Below, piece after piece: positions 36,960-46,555 of a stretch of 64,000 nt of DNA. The notes below the pieces were generated by a model. That model was not told where the DNA came from. It saw nothing but the letters and a program-made list of their open reading frames with translations, and did not search any database. The position numbers were made by a program, and so were the translations under genes. Source of the DNA: Myxococcota bacterium. Its GTDB lineage: Bacteria > Myxococcota > Myxococcia > Myxococcales > Myxococcaceae. The stretch spans positions 62,001 through 126,000 of the forward strand of contig JBMORE010000022.1 of assembly GCA_049322255.1 (NCBI GenBank), written 5' to 3'. Every line of letters begins with the position of its first letter. Position 1 is the first letter of the stretch.

Positions 36960-38051
36960 ATGCGTCCGCTCGTCGCCGACTACATCGAGACGCTGCGCCC
37001 TTACGTCCCGGGCAAGCCGATCGAAGAGACCGAGCGCGAGTACGGCATCACCAACGTGGTGAAGCTCGCCTCGAACGAAAACCCGCTCGGCCCCTCGCCC
37101 CTGGCGATCGAGGCGATCGAAGAGGCCGCGCGCAAGGTGCACCTCTACCCAGATGGGTCGAGCTACGCCTTGATCCATCGTCTGGCGAAGTTCCTCGGGG
37201 TCGAGCCCGGGGAGGTGTTCGTCGGACACGGGTCGAACGAGATCATCGAGCTGCTCATTCGCACCTTCACCCGGCCGGAGGACGAGGCCCTTTTGTGCAA
37301 GGGCTCGTTCCTCATGTACAAGGTCGCGCTTCAGTCGCACGGGCGGCGCTTCGTCGAAGTGCCGATGCGTGAGGGCTTTCGTTACGACCTGGCCGCGATG
37401 GCCAAGGCGGTGGGGAAAAAGACGCGCATCGTCTTCTTGGCCAACCCCGACAACCCCACCGGCACCGCGTTCTCGCGCTCCGAGCTGGAGGCGTTCCTCG
37501 ACGCGGTGCCCCCAGAGACCTTCGTCGTCCTCGACGAGGCCTACTTCGAGTACGTCGACTGGGACGAGTACCCCAACGGAATGACCTACTTTCGCCAGCT
37601 GCCCAACCTGGTGGTGTTGCGTACCTACAGTAAGATCTATGGGCTGGCGGGGGTGCGGCTGGGGTACGGCATCATGCAGTCGCAGCTTGCCGCGTACCTG
37701 CACCGCACGCGCATGCCGTTCAACCTCTCCTCGTTGGCGCAGGCCGCGGGGATCGCCGCCCTCGACGATGTCGAGCACCTGCGCACCACCCGGCAGACGA
37801 CGCACCACGGCTTGCGCTTTCTGGAGCGGGAGCTTAGGGCGCTGGGGGTGAAGGTGCCGACCAGCTACGCCAACTTCGTTTTCGCCGACTTCGGCCGGCC
37901 GGCGCAGCCCATCTACGAGGCGCTCTTGAAGCGCGGGCTCATCACCCGGCCGGTGCCCGCCTACGGCTTTCCCAACGCGCTGCGCATCTCGGTGGGCTTG
38001 CGGGCGCAGAACGAACGGCTGGTGCAGGCGCTTCGCGAGGTGCTCGCGTGA
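36960..38051 (+). CDS. hisC: Histidinol-phosphate aminotransferase
   Basis: KLASNENP, NP.NPTG, DEAY, RTYSKIYGLAG.R. Confidence 0.95.
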   Translation: MRPLVADYIETLRPYVPGKPIEETEREYGITNVVKLASNENPLGPSPLAIEAIEEAARKVHLYPDGSSYALIHRLAKFLGVEPGEVFVGHGSNEIIELLIRTFTRPEDEALLCKGSFLMYKVALQSHGRRFVEVPMREGFRYDLAAMAKAVGKKTRIVFLANPDNPTGTAFSRSELEAFLDAVPPETFVVLDEAYFEYVDWDEYPNGMTYFRQLPNLVVLRTYSKIYGLAGVRLGYGIMQSQLAAYLHRTRMPFNLSSLAQAAGIAALDDVEHLRTTRQTTHHGLRFLERELRALGVKVPTSYANFVFADFGRPAQPIYEALLKRGLITRPVPAYGFPNALRISVGLRAQNERLVQALREVLA

Positions 38052-38737
38052 GCCGACCCTTCATCGTGGCCATCGACGGGCCGGCAGGGGCGGGTAAATC
38101 GTCGGTGTCGAAGATTTTGGCCCGCAGACTCGGCCTCTCGCTGGTGGACACGGGCGCCATCTACCGCTGTGTGGGGCTGGTCGCCACGCGGCGGGGTGTG
38201 GCGCTCGACGACGACCCGGCGCTGGAGAAGCTTTTGGGAGCGCTGCGCATACACTTCAAGGTGGTGGGGGAGGAGAACCGGGTCTTCCTCGACGGCGAGG
38301 ACGTTTCGGCGGCGATTCGCACCCCGGAAATCTCCATGGCCGCCTCGAAGGTGTCGAGCCGCCCGGTGGTGCGTGCGGGCTTGCTCTCATTGCAGCGACG
38401 GTTGGCGCTGGAGGCGGACCAGGGCGCCATCCTCGAAGGGCGGGACATCGGCACGGTGGTTTTCCCCGAGGCGGACATCAAGTTCTTCCTCGAGGCGCGC
38501 CCCGAGGTGCGCGCGCGGCGGCGCTTCGAGGAGCTGTTCCAAAAAGGGGTCGACAGCTCGCTGGAGGAGGTGTTCGCCGACCAGACCCAGCGCGATCGGG
38601 ACGACTCCTCGCGTGAGGTCGCCCCCCTTCGGGCCGCGGAAGACGCCCTGCGCATCGACTCGAGCACCATGCCCCTCTCGGAGGTGGTACGGACGATGGA
38701 GCGAGCGGTGGTTGATAAGTTGAAACATCTGAAATAA
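38048..38737 (+). CDS. cmk: Cytidylate kinase
   Basis: IDGPAGAGKS, DTGAIYR, EGRDIGTVVFP. Confidence 0.97.
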   Translation: MSRPFIVAIDGPAGAGKSSVSKILARRLGLSLVDTGAIYRCVGLVATRRGVALDDDPALEKLLGALRIHFKVVGEENRVFLDGEDVSAAIRTPEISMAASKVSSRPVVRAGLLSLQRRLALEADQGAILEGRDIGTVVFPEADIKFFLEARPEVRARRRFEELFQKGVDSSLEEVFADQTQRDRDDSSREVAPLRAAEDALRIDSSTMPLSEVVRTMERAVVDKLKHLK

Positions 38738-38756
38738 CTAAAGAATATTCTGTATA

Positions 38757-38785
38757 TTGCATCCATTCGCATGAACGAATAGATG
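38757..38785 (+). promoter_or_regulatory. Putative promoter overlapped by a palindromic operator for sahR-ahcY
   Basis: TTGCAT-17 nt-TAGATG; inverted repeat CATCCATTCG-N6-CGAATAGATG (38760-38785, one mismatch). Confidence 0.65.
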
Positions 38786-38792
38786 TTCTTTC

Positions 38793-39824
38793 ATGCCGCG
38801 TGGGTCGTCTGCCAAGCCGTTGCCCAGCCCCCGCTCGGGTCGGGTAGAGCTCTACCGCCTCTTGAGTGATGAGGGTCGGTTGCAGCTTCTGGCGCTGTGC
38901 GCCGAGGAAGAGCTGTCGATCGGTGAGCTCGGCGCGCTGGTGAACGACAGCCAGCCGCAGGTCAGTCGCAGGGTTGCGCCGCTTCGGCAGGCGGGGTTGC
39001 TCGAGGCCCGCAAGGATGGGACCCGCACCTGGCTCAAGACCACGCTCCTCGATGGCGACCCGGTGCTGGCCGACGCGCTCGAAGAGGGCCGGCGCCTCTG
39101 TCATGCCGACGGCAGCCTTGCCCGCATTCCCAAGATCGTCGCCGCCCGGGAGGAAAGCGGCCGCGCCTTCTTCGAAGAGGCGACGCCCCAGGCGATCTCC
39201 ACTGAGGGCGAGCTATTCCCCCTCGCGCATCTGGCGCATTTGGCCGCGCTGGCGCCGCTCTTGCCCGGGCGAAGCCTCGCGGTGGACGTGGGCACGGGGG
39301 AGGGGGCGCTCCTCGATGTGTTGGTGCCGCTGTTTGAGCGCGTCATCGCCGTCGATCGCAGCCGCGCTCGCTTGGCTCGTTGCGCCGCCCGGGTGGCGCA
39401 GCGGGGTTACGCGCACGTGAGCCTCTTTCCCGGCTCGTACGACGACGCCGACTTGATTCAGCGTGTCGATGCCGCCGGCGGGGCCGACTTGGTCTTCGCC
39501 TCCCGCACCCTGCACCACGCCTCGCGGCCCGCGCAGGCGATCTCCTCCTTCGCCCGCCTGCTCAAGAAGGGCGGCCACCTGCTGGTGCTCGAGTACCTGC
39601 CGCACGACGACGAGTCCATGCGCAGCTCCCAGGGCGACGTCTGGTTGGGGTTTTCGCCGCGCGAGCTTTTCTCGCAGCTGGCGGCTGCCGGCCTGGAGAG
39701 GGTGGGCGAGGTGGTTCTCCCGCCGGCCTTCTTCCGCGGCGGCCCCGATGCGCACTTGAGTTGGCATGCCGCCGTCGCCCGCCGCCCGTTCGAACGCCCC
39801 CGCCCTTCACTCGTCACGCCATAA
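38793..39824 (+). CDS. sahR: ArsR HTH + SAM-binding methyltransferase-like regulator (SahR-type)
   Basis: ArsR HTH N-terminus, VDVGTGEG, TLHH; directly upstream of ahcY. Confidence 0.8.
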   Translation: MPRGSSAKPLPSPRSGRVELYRLLSDEGRLQLLALCAEEELSIGELGALVNDSQPQVSRRVAPLRQAGLLEARKDGTRTWLKTTLLDGDPVLADALEEGRRLCHADGSLARIPKIVAAREESGRAFFEEATPQAISTEGELFPLAHLAHLAALAPLLPGRSLAVDVGTGEGALLDVLVPLFERVIAVDRSRARLARCAARVAQRGYAHVSLFPGSYDDADLIQRVDAAGGADLVFASRTLHHASRPAQAISSFARLLKKGGHLLVLEYLPHDDESMRSSQGDVWLGFSPRELFSQLAAAGLERVGEVVLPPAFFRGGPDAHLSWHAAVARRPFERPRPSLVTP

Positions 39825-39841
39825 CCTAAAAGGAGCACACG

Positions 39842-41179
39842 ATGGACCACCGCACCCAATTCCCCGCCTACAAGGTCAAGGACATCTCTTTGGCCGAGTG
39901 GGGGCGTAAAGAAATCGCCATGGCCGAAAAAGAGATGCCCGGGCTGATGGCGCTGCGCGCGCAGTACCAGGGCAAGCGGCCCTTCCATGGGGCCCGCATC
40001 GCCGGCTGTCTGCACATGACCATCGAGACCGCGGTGCTCATCGAGACGCTCAAGGCGCTCGGCGCCGACGTCACTTGGACCAGCTGCAACATCTTCTCCA
40101 CCCAGGACCAGGCGGCGGCGGCGATCGCCAAGTCGGGCGTGCCGGTGTTCGCGTGGAAGGGCGAGACGCTCGAGGAATACGACTGGTGCCTGGAGCAGCA
40201 ACTGTTCGCCTTCGAAGGAGGCAAAGGGCCGAACCTCCTCCTCGACGACGGCGGCGACCTCACCTTGTGGGTGCACCAGAAGCACCCCGAGCTCTTCGGG
40301 GGCAAGGACGGCATCCGGGGCCTGTCCGAAGAGACCACCACCGGGGTGCACCGGCTCTACGAGATGTCCAAGCAAGGCAAGCTCGAGTGCCCGGCGATCA
40401 ACGTCAACGACTCGGTGACCAAGTCGAAGTTCGACAACCTCTACGGCTGCCGCGAGTCGCTGATGGACGGCATCAAGCGCGCCACCGACGTGATGATCGC
40501 CGGCAAGGTGGTGGTGGTGGCCGGCTTCGGTGACGTGGGCAAAGGCTGCGCCCAGGCGGCGCAGGGTTTGGGCGCCCGGGTGCTGATCACCGAGATCGAC
40601 CCCATCTGCGCGCTGCAGGCGGCGATGGAGGGCTTCGAGGTGGTCACCCTGGAGGACGCCGCCCCTTTAGGCGACATCTTCGTCACCGCCACCGGCTGCT
40701 GTGACGTCATCACCAGCGAGCACATGCGGGTGATGAAGGACGGGGCCATTCTCTGCAACATCGGTCACTTCGACAGCGAGATTCAGGTCGCCTGGCTGGA
40801 GAAGAACCCCGAGATTCGCGAGGAGAACGTCAAGCCGCAGGTCGACCAGTTCATCTTCCCCGGCGGCAAGCGTTTGACGCTGCTCGCCCGCGGGCGGTTG
40901 GTGAACTTGGGCTGCGCCACCGGGCACCCGTCCTTCGTGATGTCCAACTCCTTCACCAACCAGGTGATGGCGCAGCTGGCGCTGTGGGGCGTGGTGGACA
41001 CCGGCCACACCTTCGAGAAAGGCAAGGTCTACACCCTGCCCAAGAAGCTCGACGAGCAGGTGGCGCGGCTGCACCTGGGCAAGGTGGGTGTCAAGCTGAC
41101 CCAGCTGACGAAGGCCCAGGCCGAGTACCTGGGCGTTCCGGTTGACGGGCCGTACAAGCCGGAACACTACCGGTATTAG
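39842..41179 (+). CDS. ahcY: Adenosylhomocysteinase
   Basis: [43 protein letters not shown]. Confidence 0.98.
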   Translation: MDHRTQFPAYKVKDISLAEWGRKEIAMAEKEMPGLMALRAQYQGKRPFHGARIAGCLHMTIETAVLIETLKALGADVTWTSCNIFSTQDQAAAAIAKSGVPVFAWKGETLEEYDWCLEQQLFAFEGGKGPNLLLDDGGDLTLWVHQKHPELFGGKDGIRGLSEETTTGVHRLYEMSKQGKLECPAINVNDSVTKSKFDNLYGCRESLMDGIKRATDVMIAGKVVVVAGFGDVGKGCAQAAQGLGARVLITEIDPICALQAAMEGFEVVTLEDAAPLGDIFVTATGCCDVITSEHMRVMKDGAILCNIGHFDSEIQVAWLEKNPEIREENVKPQVDQFIFPGGKRLTLLARGRLVNLGCATGHPSFVMSNSFTNQVMAQLALWGVVDTGHTFEKGKVYTLPKKLDEQVARLHLGKVGVKLTQLTKAQAEYLGVPVDGPYKPEHYRY

Positions 41180-41314
41180 AGCAGGCCTGGTTTCAGCTAC
41201 CGCCGATTTTTCGAGCGCTCTTCGTGGGCGCTGACGGACCCTCGTGTACTCCCCACGGCCGACTGTTCCGTCGTGGCGACGTGTCCAACTTCTTCGCGCT
41301 TTGCCGGGACCGCG

Positions 41315-43768
41315 ATGAAGGGCGAAAACGAGGGAGTCGACATCGACCGATGCCTCGACGTCGTGCTGGAGCACGCGCCGGTGGGCCTCTTGGTCGTCGA
41401 CAAGTCCGAGAAGATTCTCCTGGCGCGGGGGCGCGGTCTTCGGGCGTTGGGCTTCAAGGGCCGGCGGCTCGAGGGGTTGTCGGCGGCCGAGGCCTTCGGA
41501 CATCTGTCCTGGGCCATGCCGCAGCTTCAGCGTGCGCTCGCGGGAGAGGGTCTGCTCGGTGGGGGCCGGCTCGATGGCCTTTCTGTCGAAGTGCGCTATG
41601 TGCCCATTCGTGACGAGAGGGGAAACGTTCGTCTCGTGATGGTGGTCGCGACCGATGTCTCGGCGAAGGTGCAAACCGATCGCGAGCTGCGCACCTCGTC
41701 TGATCTCCTCCGCGTCATCCTCGAAAGGGTGTCGGAGGGAATCGTCGCCTTCGGTCCGGACGGCAAGCTGGTCTTCGCCAACCCTCGGGCCGCTAAGCTC
41801 GCCGGGTATCCGAGCCCCGAGGCGCTCCTGGCCACCACGCCCCGCGAGGTCCTCGCACGGTTCGACTTCTTCGACGAGGAGGGCACGCCCGTTCCTTGGG
41901 AAGAGATGCCAACGGTGACGGCTCTCCGGGAACGTGCACCGGGAAGACGGTTGGTGCGTTTTCGCCCCAAGGGCACCAAGGAAATCCGCTGGTGCCAGGT
42001 CGAGACCACTCCGGTGATGGACGAGAACGGCGAGTTGCGCATGGTGGTCGAGGTCTGCCAGGACCAGACGGACATTCGCCGCGCTCAGGAACGCTTGAAG
42101 TATCAACGCTCTCTGCTCGCAGCGCAGCAGGAGTCTTTGCTCGAAGGCATTCTCTTCGTGCCCATGGGCGGGGCGCCGGTGACCTTCAACGTCCGTTTCG
42201 CACAGCTGTGGCAGCTGCCGGAGCAGGCGCGCCAGTGGGACTACCCCCGTGTCTCCGCACACATCGCCGACCTGTTGGAAAATCCCGACGTCCTTCGTGC
42301 CCATGACGCGCTGGGCGCCCAAGACCCGCTTTCTGAAGGGCACGACGAATTCCAGCTCAAGGACGGGCGCACCATCGAGTGCTACGTACGGCCGGTGATG
42401 GGCGAGGAGGGGGAGCTCATCGGCCGCATGTGCGTCGATCGCGACGTCACCGCCCGCAAGCTGGCCGACGAACGTCAGCGGTCGCTCTTCCTCGCGCAGG
42501 TCGAACAGCGGCGCTCGAGCTTTCTGCTCGAGGCGAGTCGGCTGCTGGCGCGCTCGGTGACCGACAGCGTGGTGCTCACCGAGCTGGCGGCGAGCATCGC
42601 TCGCTTCATGGGCGACTGGTGCATTCTCGACGTGCTCGACCACGACGGTGAGGTGCACCGCCTGGTGGCTGCCGACCCCGGCAAGCAGCGCCTAGCCCGT
42701 GAGCTCGAGCAGATGGTGCAGGGAGCCGACGCGGCGCGAAAGCTCCTCGACTCCGTCCGCGAAGGCCGTGCGCGCCGGGTCGCCGGCTTCTCCCCCAAGG
42801 ACGCCCAGTGGCCCTTCGGACCGCAGGGGCCCATGCTCACTTCCCTGGTGGAGCGCCTGGGGGCGCGCACCTTTCTCACGGTTCCGCTCACCTTGCGGGG
42901 TGAGGTTTTAGGTGCGCTCACCGTGGTGAGCGCCCGGCCCGAACGCGCCTTTGGCTCTGACGAGCAGCGGGTAGCCGAAGTGCTGGCGCGCCGCATCGCC
43001 CGCGCCGTGGAGAACCATCGGCTCTACACGGAGGCGCGTCAGGCGGTGCTCGCCCGCGACGAGTTTCTCTCGGTGGCCGCGCACGAGCTGCGCACGCCCA
43101 TCGGCTCTCTTTGGCTGACCAGCCAGCATCTGTTGAGGGTCGCCCGGGAGAGACAGGCGCCCGCATGGATTCCGCCCAAGCTCGAGCTCATCGAGCGCCA
43201 GTGTCGCCGGCTGAACGGGCTCGTCGACCGGTTGCTCGACGTGACCCGGCTGGTCTCTGGCACCCTCGAGCTGGAGCTCGAAGAGCTCGACTTGGTCGCG
43301 CTGGTGCGTGAGGAACTGGCCCACTTCAGGCCCGACCTCGAGCGAGCTCGCTGCGAGGTGCAGCTGGAAACGCTCCCTGCGGTGGTGGGCCGCTGGGACC
43401 GGGCGCGCCTTTCGCAGGTCGTCTCCAACCTGCTTTCCAACGCGCTCAAGTACGGAGAAGGGCGGCCGGTCGAGGTCCACGTCGCCGCCGTCGGAGGCCT
43501 CGCCACGCTGTCGGTGCGCGATCACGGCATCGGCATCGCCCCCGAGCTGCAAAAACGCATCTTCTCTCGCTTCATCCGCGGGGTGTCGGGGAGGCGCTTT
43601 GCCGGGCTAGGCCTGGGCCTGTACATCGCCCACCAGGTGGTGGAGGCGCATGGCGGGAACATTCGCGTGCGCAGCCGGCCGGGGGAGGGGGCCGAGTTCG
43701 TGGTCGAGCTGCCGCGCGAAAGGCCGGGGAGGGAGCGCGAGCCTTTTGCGCCGCCTGCGCCCGCTTAA
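41315..43768 (+). CDS. Cytoplasmic PAS/GAF sensor histidine kinase
   Basis: PAS repeats, GAF, AHELRTP, NLLSNALKY, DHGIG, GLGLGL. Confidence 0.9.
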   Translation: MKGENEGVDIDRCLDVVLEHAPVGLLVVDKSEKILLARGRGLRALGFKGRRLEGLSAAEAFGHLSWAMPQLQRALAGEGLLGGGRLDGLSVEVRYVPIRDERGNVRLVMVVATDVSAKVQTDRELRTSSDLLRVILERVSEGIVAFGPDGKLVFANPRAAKLAGYPSPEALLATTPREVLARFDFFDEEGTPVPWEEMPTVTALRERAPGRRLVRFRPKGTKEIRWCQVETTPVMDENGELRMVVEVCQDQTDIRRAQERLKYQRSLLAAQQESLLEGILFVPMGGAPVTFNVRFAQLWQLPEQARQWDYPRVSAHIADLLENPDVLRAHDALGAQDPLSEGHDEFQLKDGRTIECYVRPVMGEEGELIGRMCVDRDVTARKLADERQRSLFLAQVEQRRSSFLLEASRLLARSVTDSVVLTELAASIARFMGDWCILDVLDHDGEVHRLVAADPGKQRLARELEQMVQGADAARKLLDSVREGRARRVAGFSPKDAQWPFGPQGPMLTSLVERLGARTFLTVPLTLRGEVLGALTVVSARPERAFGSDEQRVAEVLARRIARAVENHRLYTEARQAVLARDEFLSVAAHELRTPIGSLWLTSQHLLRVARERQAPAWIPPKLELIERQCRRLNGLVDRLLDVTRLVSGTLELELEELDLVALVREELAHFRPDLERARCEVQLETLPAVVGRWDRARLSQVVSNLLSNALKYGEGRPVEVHVAAVGGLATLSVRDHGIGIAPELQKRIFSRFIRGVSGRRFAGLGLGLYIAHQVVEAHGGNIRVRSRPGEGAEFVVELPRERPGREREPFAPPAPA

Positions 43769-44277
43769 AGCAGACCGAGGTCGCGACGTACCCGCACATC
43801 TTCCGGTAGCGTCGCGAGGGCCTTCGGGTCGGTGAGCAAGCGCTCGAGCTCCAAGACCAAGTCACCCGCCGGGGTGCCCAGCTTCTTCGCCTCGAGGGAA
43901 ATTTGGTCGGCCAGCTGCCCGTCGGGGGCGCGCATCGGCTCACCAAGCTCGAGGGTCACCCGCGCGTCGTCATGACGCACCGCGCGGACACTCTTCCACG
44001 GCAGGGCCATCGCCTGACGCTTGCGCACCAGGTAGAGGTGATCGCGGCTGAGAAGGAGCGTCGGCCAGGAGAGCGGAAAAAGCTGGCCACGGAAGACGAA
44101 GAGGCCGACGCCCAGGCCGAGCACCCACCCCGCCACCGGGGCGTGCCCGGGAAAGAGGAGGCGCTCCACCATCGCCGCGGCGATCGCCGCGCCACCGGAG
44201 AACAGCAGGTAGCGGATGAGGTAGATGCCCTTGAGCGTGGCTGAAAAGCCGTAGCGCCACCGGGTGGGAAGGTTCAT
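43765..44277 (-). CDS. Two-TM membrane protein
   Basis: C-terminal part of ORF 43765..46227 (MNLPTRWRY...); ATGA-coupled to the upstream ligase. Confidence 0.65.
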   Translation of the reverse strand: MNLPTRWRYGFSATLKGIYLIRYLLFSGGAAIAAAMVERLLFPGHAPVAGWVLGLGVGLFVFRGQLFPLSWPTLLLSRDHLYLVRKRQAMALPWKSVRAVRHDDARVTLELGEPMRAPDGQLADQISLEAKKLGTPAGDLVLELERLLTDPKALATLPEDVRVRRDLGLL

Positions 44278-45341
44278 GGGCGCGCGACGGAGGTCGCCTC
44301 GGGCTCCGGTTTCTCGGTCGGCTTCTCCTCCGCCTTGGGCTCGGGCGCCTTCTTGAGCCGGTAGCGGCTCGCGGCGGACTCGACGATGCGGCCGATCAGC
44401 TGAGCGTAGCGAATGCCCTTGTCCTCGGCGGCCATCGCCAGCTCGCTGTTTTTTTCCAGGTAGGGGTTGGGGTTGACCTCGAGCAGGTAGGGCTCGCCGC
44501 TCGATGCGGAGATGCGAAAGTCGACGCGCGCATAGTCGCGCAGCTTGAGCGCGCGGAAGGCCAAAAGCGCGCTGCGCTCGATACGCGCCTTCAAGTCTTC
44601 GGAAAGGTCTTTGGCCATTATCAGATGTGGAGAGCCCGGGGTGTCGGGGCCGAACTTCACCTCGCGGTCGCTCACCTTGGGCTGGGTGGGGTCCCACGCC
44701 CCCCAGTCGAGCTCGACGATGGGGAGGATTTCCGGCTTGGTGGCGGTGCCGATCACCCCCACGTACACCTCGCGCCCGTCGATGAACTCCTCGGCCAGCG
44801 CCTCGTCGCCGAACTCCTTGCGAATCTCGCGTACCCTTTTGGTGAGCTCCTCCCAGTCGTTGACCACCGAGTGTTGCCCGATTCCCAAGCTCGCGTCCGA
44901 CTTCGCCGGCTTGACGATGAGGGGAAAGGTCATGCGCCCGTTGGTCTCGAAGGTCTCGCCGTCGAAGGTGGCGAAGGTGGGCGTGGGCACCTCGTGGTAG
45001 CCCAGGAGCTGCTTGGTGAGGATTTTGTCCTGCGCGAGGAGCAGCCCCGCGGTGCCCGAGCCGGTGTAGCGCACCCGCGCCATCTCCATCAGCGCGGCCA
45101 CGTTGACCTCCATGCGGTAGTCGTCGGCGAAGGTTTCGCAGACGTTGAAGACCAGGTCGCAGGCGCTCTTGTCGATGTCGCGCAAGATGTTCTGCACCCG
45201 ATCGTGCACGGCCACCGTCACCGCCTGGTGGCCCAGCTCGGCCAAGGCCTCGGTGATGTGGCCGACCACCGGGTCTTGCGGCTCGTCTTTGGGTTGGTAG
45301 TGCAGAACGGCGATCTTCAAGGGCGGAACCGCCGAGGGCAT
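44274..45341 (-). CDS. D-Ala-D-Ala ligase-like ATP-grasp enzyme
   Basis: DLVFN, YTGS..DK..K, VKP....S.GI, EEFIDGRE, DYARVDFR, LEVNPNP. Confidence 0.88.
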   Translation of the reverse strand: MPSAVPPLKIAVLHYQPKDEPQDPVVGHITEALAELGHQAVTVAVHDRVQNILRDIDKSACDLVFNVCETFADDYRMEVNVAALMEMARVRYTGSGTAGLLLAQDKILTKQLLGYHEVPTPTFATFDGETFETNGRMTFPLIVKPAKSDASLGIGQHSVVNDWEELTKRVREIRKEFGDEALAEEFIDGREVYVGVIGTATKPEILPIVELDWGAWDPTQPKVSDREVKFGPDTPGSPHLIMAKDLSEDLKARIERSALLAFRALKLRDYARVDFRISASSGEPYLLEVNPNPYLEKNSELAMAAEDKGIRYAQLIGRIVESAASRYRLKKAPEPKAEEKPTEKPEPEATSVARP

Positions 45342-45368
45342 GGAGGCAATCTACTTGGCCCTTTGGCG

Positions 45369-46436
45369 CTAATCGACCTCGAAGAACCGATCGGTGTACA
45401 GGTAGTTCATCGCCAGCGCGGTGAGCAGCGAGGTCAAGCGCGTCAGGTATTCGCGGGTCTTGTCCAGATGAACGGACAAGGACAGCTCGGTAGTCCGCGC
45501 CAGCAAATGATCGAGCACCGAGCGCACCACCGCCCGGCTGACCCCTGAGTACTGGGTGACCGCCTCGATGAGCGACTGGCGCTCGGCGCGGATCAGCGTC
45601 TCGGCCTTGGCGGGCGACGCCTCGGGGGCCTCGAAGAGGTTGAAGAGGTCTTGGTCCAGGTGCTCCCCCATCTGGAGATCCACCTTCTCCTCCAGGTCGC
45701 GCTGGCGGTAGTGGTCGAGCACCGTCTCTTCCATGTCCTCGACGTCGAGGTCGCGCTCGGCCAGCTGCACCAGAGGCGCCTCCTGCCCCAGCTTCTGCGC
45801 CATTTCGACGACGTAGTTGAGCTTCTTGAGCGCGCCCCAGCCCTTGTAGCGCCGCTCCCACTCGCTCTGGGGAGTGAGCCACACCGCGAAGGTCTCGGCG
45901 AAGTCCTCGTCGGGGTGTTTCTGCGCGTACCAGCCCGAGATGTGCACCACGTACTTGCGGGAGAAGGGCTGCGGTTTGTAGTCCTCGCGGTAAGGCTTGG
46001 TGTAGTCGCCGAAGAGCTTTCGCCACTCTTCGGTCTCGTAGAGCCGGTAGGCGTAGTTGAAGCAGTGCCCCGCCTCGTGGCGCAGGTACATCATGATCTC
46101 GCGCTCGCTCTCCGCTCCGGCGCCCAGCGTGGCCTCGATGGAGTGGAGGTTGGAGTCGGCGAGGTAGAAGGGAATGCCGATGACCGGCACCCCCGAGGGA
46201 CAACCCCACTGATCCGACAGGTAGCACTGCGGCCGCAAAGACAGCCCGCGCCCGGAAAGCTCGTCGTACAGCTGGTGAATGAACTTCTCCAGCGGGGTGC
46301 TCGCCAGGTGCAGCTTCAAGTCCTTGATCCGCGCCTGCAAGAGCGACTGGCTCTCAGGAGGCAGCCCGGCGCCGAAGTGTGGCTCGGGGGTCGCCTTCTC
46401 TCGGAACAACAACGGTGTGGGCGTCGCGGAGGCCAT
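45369..46436 (-). CDS. Putative zinc metallopeptidase (zincin, Peptidase_Mx-like)
   Basis: LRHEAGH, YAQKHPDEDFAETFAVW. Confidence 0.85.
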   Translation of the reverse strand: MASATPTPLLFREKATPEPHFGAGLPPESQSLLQARIKDLKLHLASTPLEKFIHQLYDELSGRGLSLRPQCYLSDQWGCPSGVPVIGIPFYLADSNLHSIEATLGAGAESEREIMMYLRHEAGHCFNYAYRLYETEEWRKLFGDYTKPYREDYKPQPFSRKYVVHISGWYAQKHPDEDFAETFAVWLTPQSEWERRYKGWGALKKLNYVVEMAQKLGQEAPLVQLAERDLDVEDMEETVLDHYRQRDLEEKVDLQMGEHLDQDLFNLFEAPEASPAKAETLIRAERQSLIEAVTQYSGVSRAVVRSVLDHLLARTTELSLSVHLDKTREYLTRLTSLLTALAMNYLYTDRFFEVD

Positions 46437-46555
46437 AGAGTCGAAACCGCGCGGCAGTCTATCCAATCAATCCAACGCGTACAGGCAGACCCTCGTTCCG
46501 ACTCCTAAGGCATTGGAATTACTGGAAAACGCTCTGTTTTCCGACCCACATTCGC

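Noticed and set aside
39825..39841. SAH/SAM riboswitch upstream of ahcY
   Set aside because: The intergenic gap is only 17 nt, and regulation is better explained by SahR.
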